Notes under the pieces: model-generated
The model's database searches: none
Told to the model about the DNA's origin: nothing
What the model saw: only the letters and a program-made list of their open reading frames with translations
Made by a program: the position numbers and the translations under genes
In this document: positions 36,950-39,116 of the stretch, one piece after another
Layout: each line of letters opens with the position of its first letter
Position numbering within the stretch: the first letter of the stretch is position 1
DNA from: Lama guanicoe
Lineage: Eukaryota
Direction of reading: 5' to 3'
NCBI GenBank assembly: GCA_013239625.1
Contig: MU054130.1
Span: forward strand, 1 to 39,116
DNA: 39,116 nucleotides

Positions 36950-37800
36950 TCCTTCACTTAGCAAATGCCGAGTGCAACTGTGTTCTAAGTTATGGAGATA
37001 CAACAACAGCCAAGAAATAGCCTCTTTCTTTAGTGTGAGAGAAGATAATGTTCTTGGAGAAAGAGAGAGTTGGACAGATTTGAGACTTACCTAAGATTTG
37101 TGATTTATGGAAAAGAGGAAACTTGGAGGCAATGAGATTTTAATCAGCGATTGCCACAGTCTTCCATGTATGAAGAATCAAGGGCCTGAACCGTGATAGT
37201 AATAGTGGGAACAGAGGAATAAAACTTAACTTTTGAAAAATTGGTTCTACAGGACAGTTATGTATAAATTATAAGAAATGATGAAAATAAGGTGTTCCAG
37301 ATTTAGCCAAGGCTGTGAGCTCAGGCAAGGGAGAATGCTAGGTAGTTTTATGGGACAAATGGAAATTGTAATCGTCCATGGGCAGGCTGTGTTTACGGAG
37401 ACGATACTGCATCTGAGTGGATATAGCCTATGGTAACTAGAAAAAGGGAACTGGGGAAAGGTCGAGGCTAGACGTGTAGATTTGGGTATCATCTGCATAT
37501 GGATAACAGGATTACTTAAGTGCCTAAAAGAAAATGAAGAATATTGGGAGGGGACTGGAAGAGAAAGGTAAAATAATAAAAGAAACAGAAATGGCCAAAG
37601 AGGTATTAAAAATCCAAGAAGTTATTGTATCATAGGACCCCAAGATAATCTAGTCAGCAGTGTCAAATACTGCACAGAAAGCAGGTAGGATGAGGCCTCT
37701 GAAAAGAACATTGGGTTTGACAAGTGGTCACTGGAGACCCATGGAGATTGTGTAGGAAACGGTGTCGGTGACCAAGTCAGATTTCAGAAGCTCAAGCGGT
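36950..37800 (-). mobile_element. L2 fragments (rearranged)
   Basis: ggtcgaggctagacgtgtagatttgggtatcatctgcata and gtcagcagtgtcaaatactgcacagaaagcaggtaggatgagg. Confidence 0.7.
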
Positions 37801-38039
37801 AATGATAGATTGGAAACAGATAAACAGGATAGTAACAAAAAGGGGGTAAGAATCCCAAGGAAACTAATTTTTTTCAAGTGAAAACTTGTTTATGGTTGAC
37901 AGTAATATGGAAGCTACTGAAAGACAGATTTAAGCATCAGAGGGAGATAGCATGGTGTCTCTTGTCGAGGTTCTTTATCTCTAGTCTCATTGATATAGTT
38001 CCATTCTCTGTATCAGTGCTGATTATGTCAGTCCCCTAC

Positions 38040-38570
38040 TGAAAGAACTCTCTGGGTTTCTCATCGCCAGGAGAAATCCAATATCCTTAGCATAGACGAC
38101 AAGATGCCTTGCACCCTGGTTCTAACCTGTGTTTCCCATTTCATCTTTTGCCACTCACGGCACAGATTTCAGATTCTTTCCAGGTTGAGTCTTTGTCCAC
38201 GTTGCTCCTTCTGCCTGAAAGATCCTTCTTCCCATCTTCCACATGGAAAATTCTAACTCATCCTTCAGGTATCATCTGGCTCAAATATCTCCTTGTTTTT
38301 GAACTCTTTTCTCACTCCCCAGGCTCAGTTTGGGTCTCTCTCTTTGATGCTTCAATAAGAAATTGTCCATTAATATTTTTGTCTCAGCATCCTGCATTGC
38401 AGCTCATAAATTCCCATAGCTGTTTTCTCCATCAGACTATATGATCTCTGAATATAAGGACTGTCTTTTTTGTTGTTGTAATCCCCATGACTGGCACAAG
38501 ACAAACTCTTGCTAAAAGCATCAGAAAAATGAATGAGAGAAAAAAAAAAAAAGAAATGAATGAGTGAGTA
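38040..38570 (+). mobile_element. L2 3' end
   Basis: ttctaactcatccttcagg...gctcaaatatc, cagactatatgatctctga...ggactgtc, tail aaatgaatga...gaatgagtgagt. Confidence 0.75.
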
Positions 38571-38597
38571 TTCATATAGAGAGATGTATCTTGAGGT

Positions 38598-39085
38598 ACA
38601 TAGGATGGAAGTGAAGAAGCGTCCTAGTGCTAAGTGAAATAAGCCAGACACAGAAGTACACATACCTCATGACCTCACTTATGTGTGGGATCTAAAAAGA
38701 GTTGAACTCAGAGAACCAGAGTATAGAATGGTGCTTGCCAGGGGCTAGGGTGTGTGGGAAATGGGGAGATACTGATCGAAGGGTACAAACTTTCAGTTAT
38801 AAGATGAAAAGTTCTGAGAATCAAATGTACGGCATGGTGATTATAGATCGTAATACTGTATTGAATACTTAAAATTTGCTAAGAGAGTAGTTCGTGTGTT
38901 TTCACCACAGACAAAAATGGTAACTGAGGTAATGGATGTGTTGATTGACTTGATTGTGGTAATCATGTATATTATACATGTATATTAAATTATTATATTG
39001 CCTTCCTTAAAAAATCATGTAATACAAACTAAATATATGCAATTTTTGTTTGTCAGTTATACCTCAAAAAAGTTGGGAGGGGGAA
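38598..39085 (+). mobile_element. L1MA9/10-type 3' end
   Basis: gctaagtgaaataagccagacacagaa...gggtacaaactttcagttataagatg...aaatttgctaagagagtag...gtcagttatacctcaaaaaagttggg. Confidence 0.9.
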
Positions 39086-39116
39086 GCTATATGAATTTGA
39101 GTAAGCTAATTTCTCC

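Larger units (their letters stand above)
10451..39116 (+). other. SUGCT: SUGCT long intron running off the window
   Basis: Donor GTAAGC at 10451. The next exon (expected F-E-E-E...GVPYGPIN) was not seen by eye in the remaining 28.7 kb. Confidence 0.8.

Noticed and set aside
1..39116. A novel multi-gene system, RNA genes or foreign (prokaryotic/viral) insert
   Set aside because: No long ORF, tRNA/rRNA/snoRNA signature or compositional break suggesting foreign DNA was seen. The content is explained by SUGCT introns and known repeats.

Overview
Mammalian genomic DNA, probably camelid judging by the youngest L1 3' ends (inference). The window lies inside the SUGCT/C7orf10 gene (succinyl-CoA:glutarate CoA-transferase, CoA-transferase family III) on the + strand. 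Two coding exons are present: 3884-3955 (72 nt) and 10353-10450 (98 nt). The rest is intron, filled with ancient and lineage-specific transposons (L1, L2, L3/CR1, MIR, MLT1, LTR16-like, ERV1-like LTR, MER3, MER5, MER8, MER58), microsatellites and a 216-nt assembly gap. None of the supplied ORFs is a real gene. Most notable: the codon split at the end of the 98-nt exon reads TG| rather than CG|. This puts a non-Arg residue (Trp if the next exon starts with G, as recalled for human) at the position of the human glutaric aciduria type III variant Arg336Trp (Arg329Trp in the 438-aa isoform). Repeat subfamily names and boundaries come from recall and are approximate. I found no support for a new multi-gene system.
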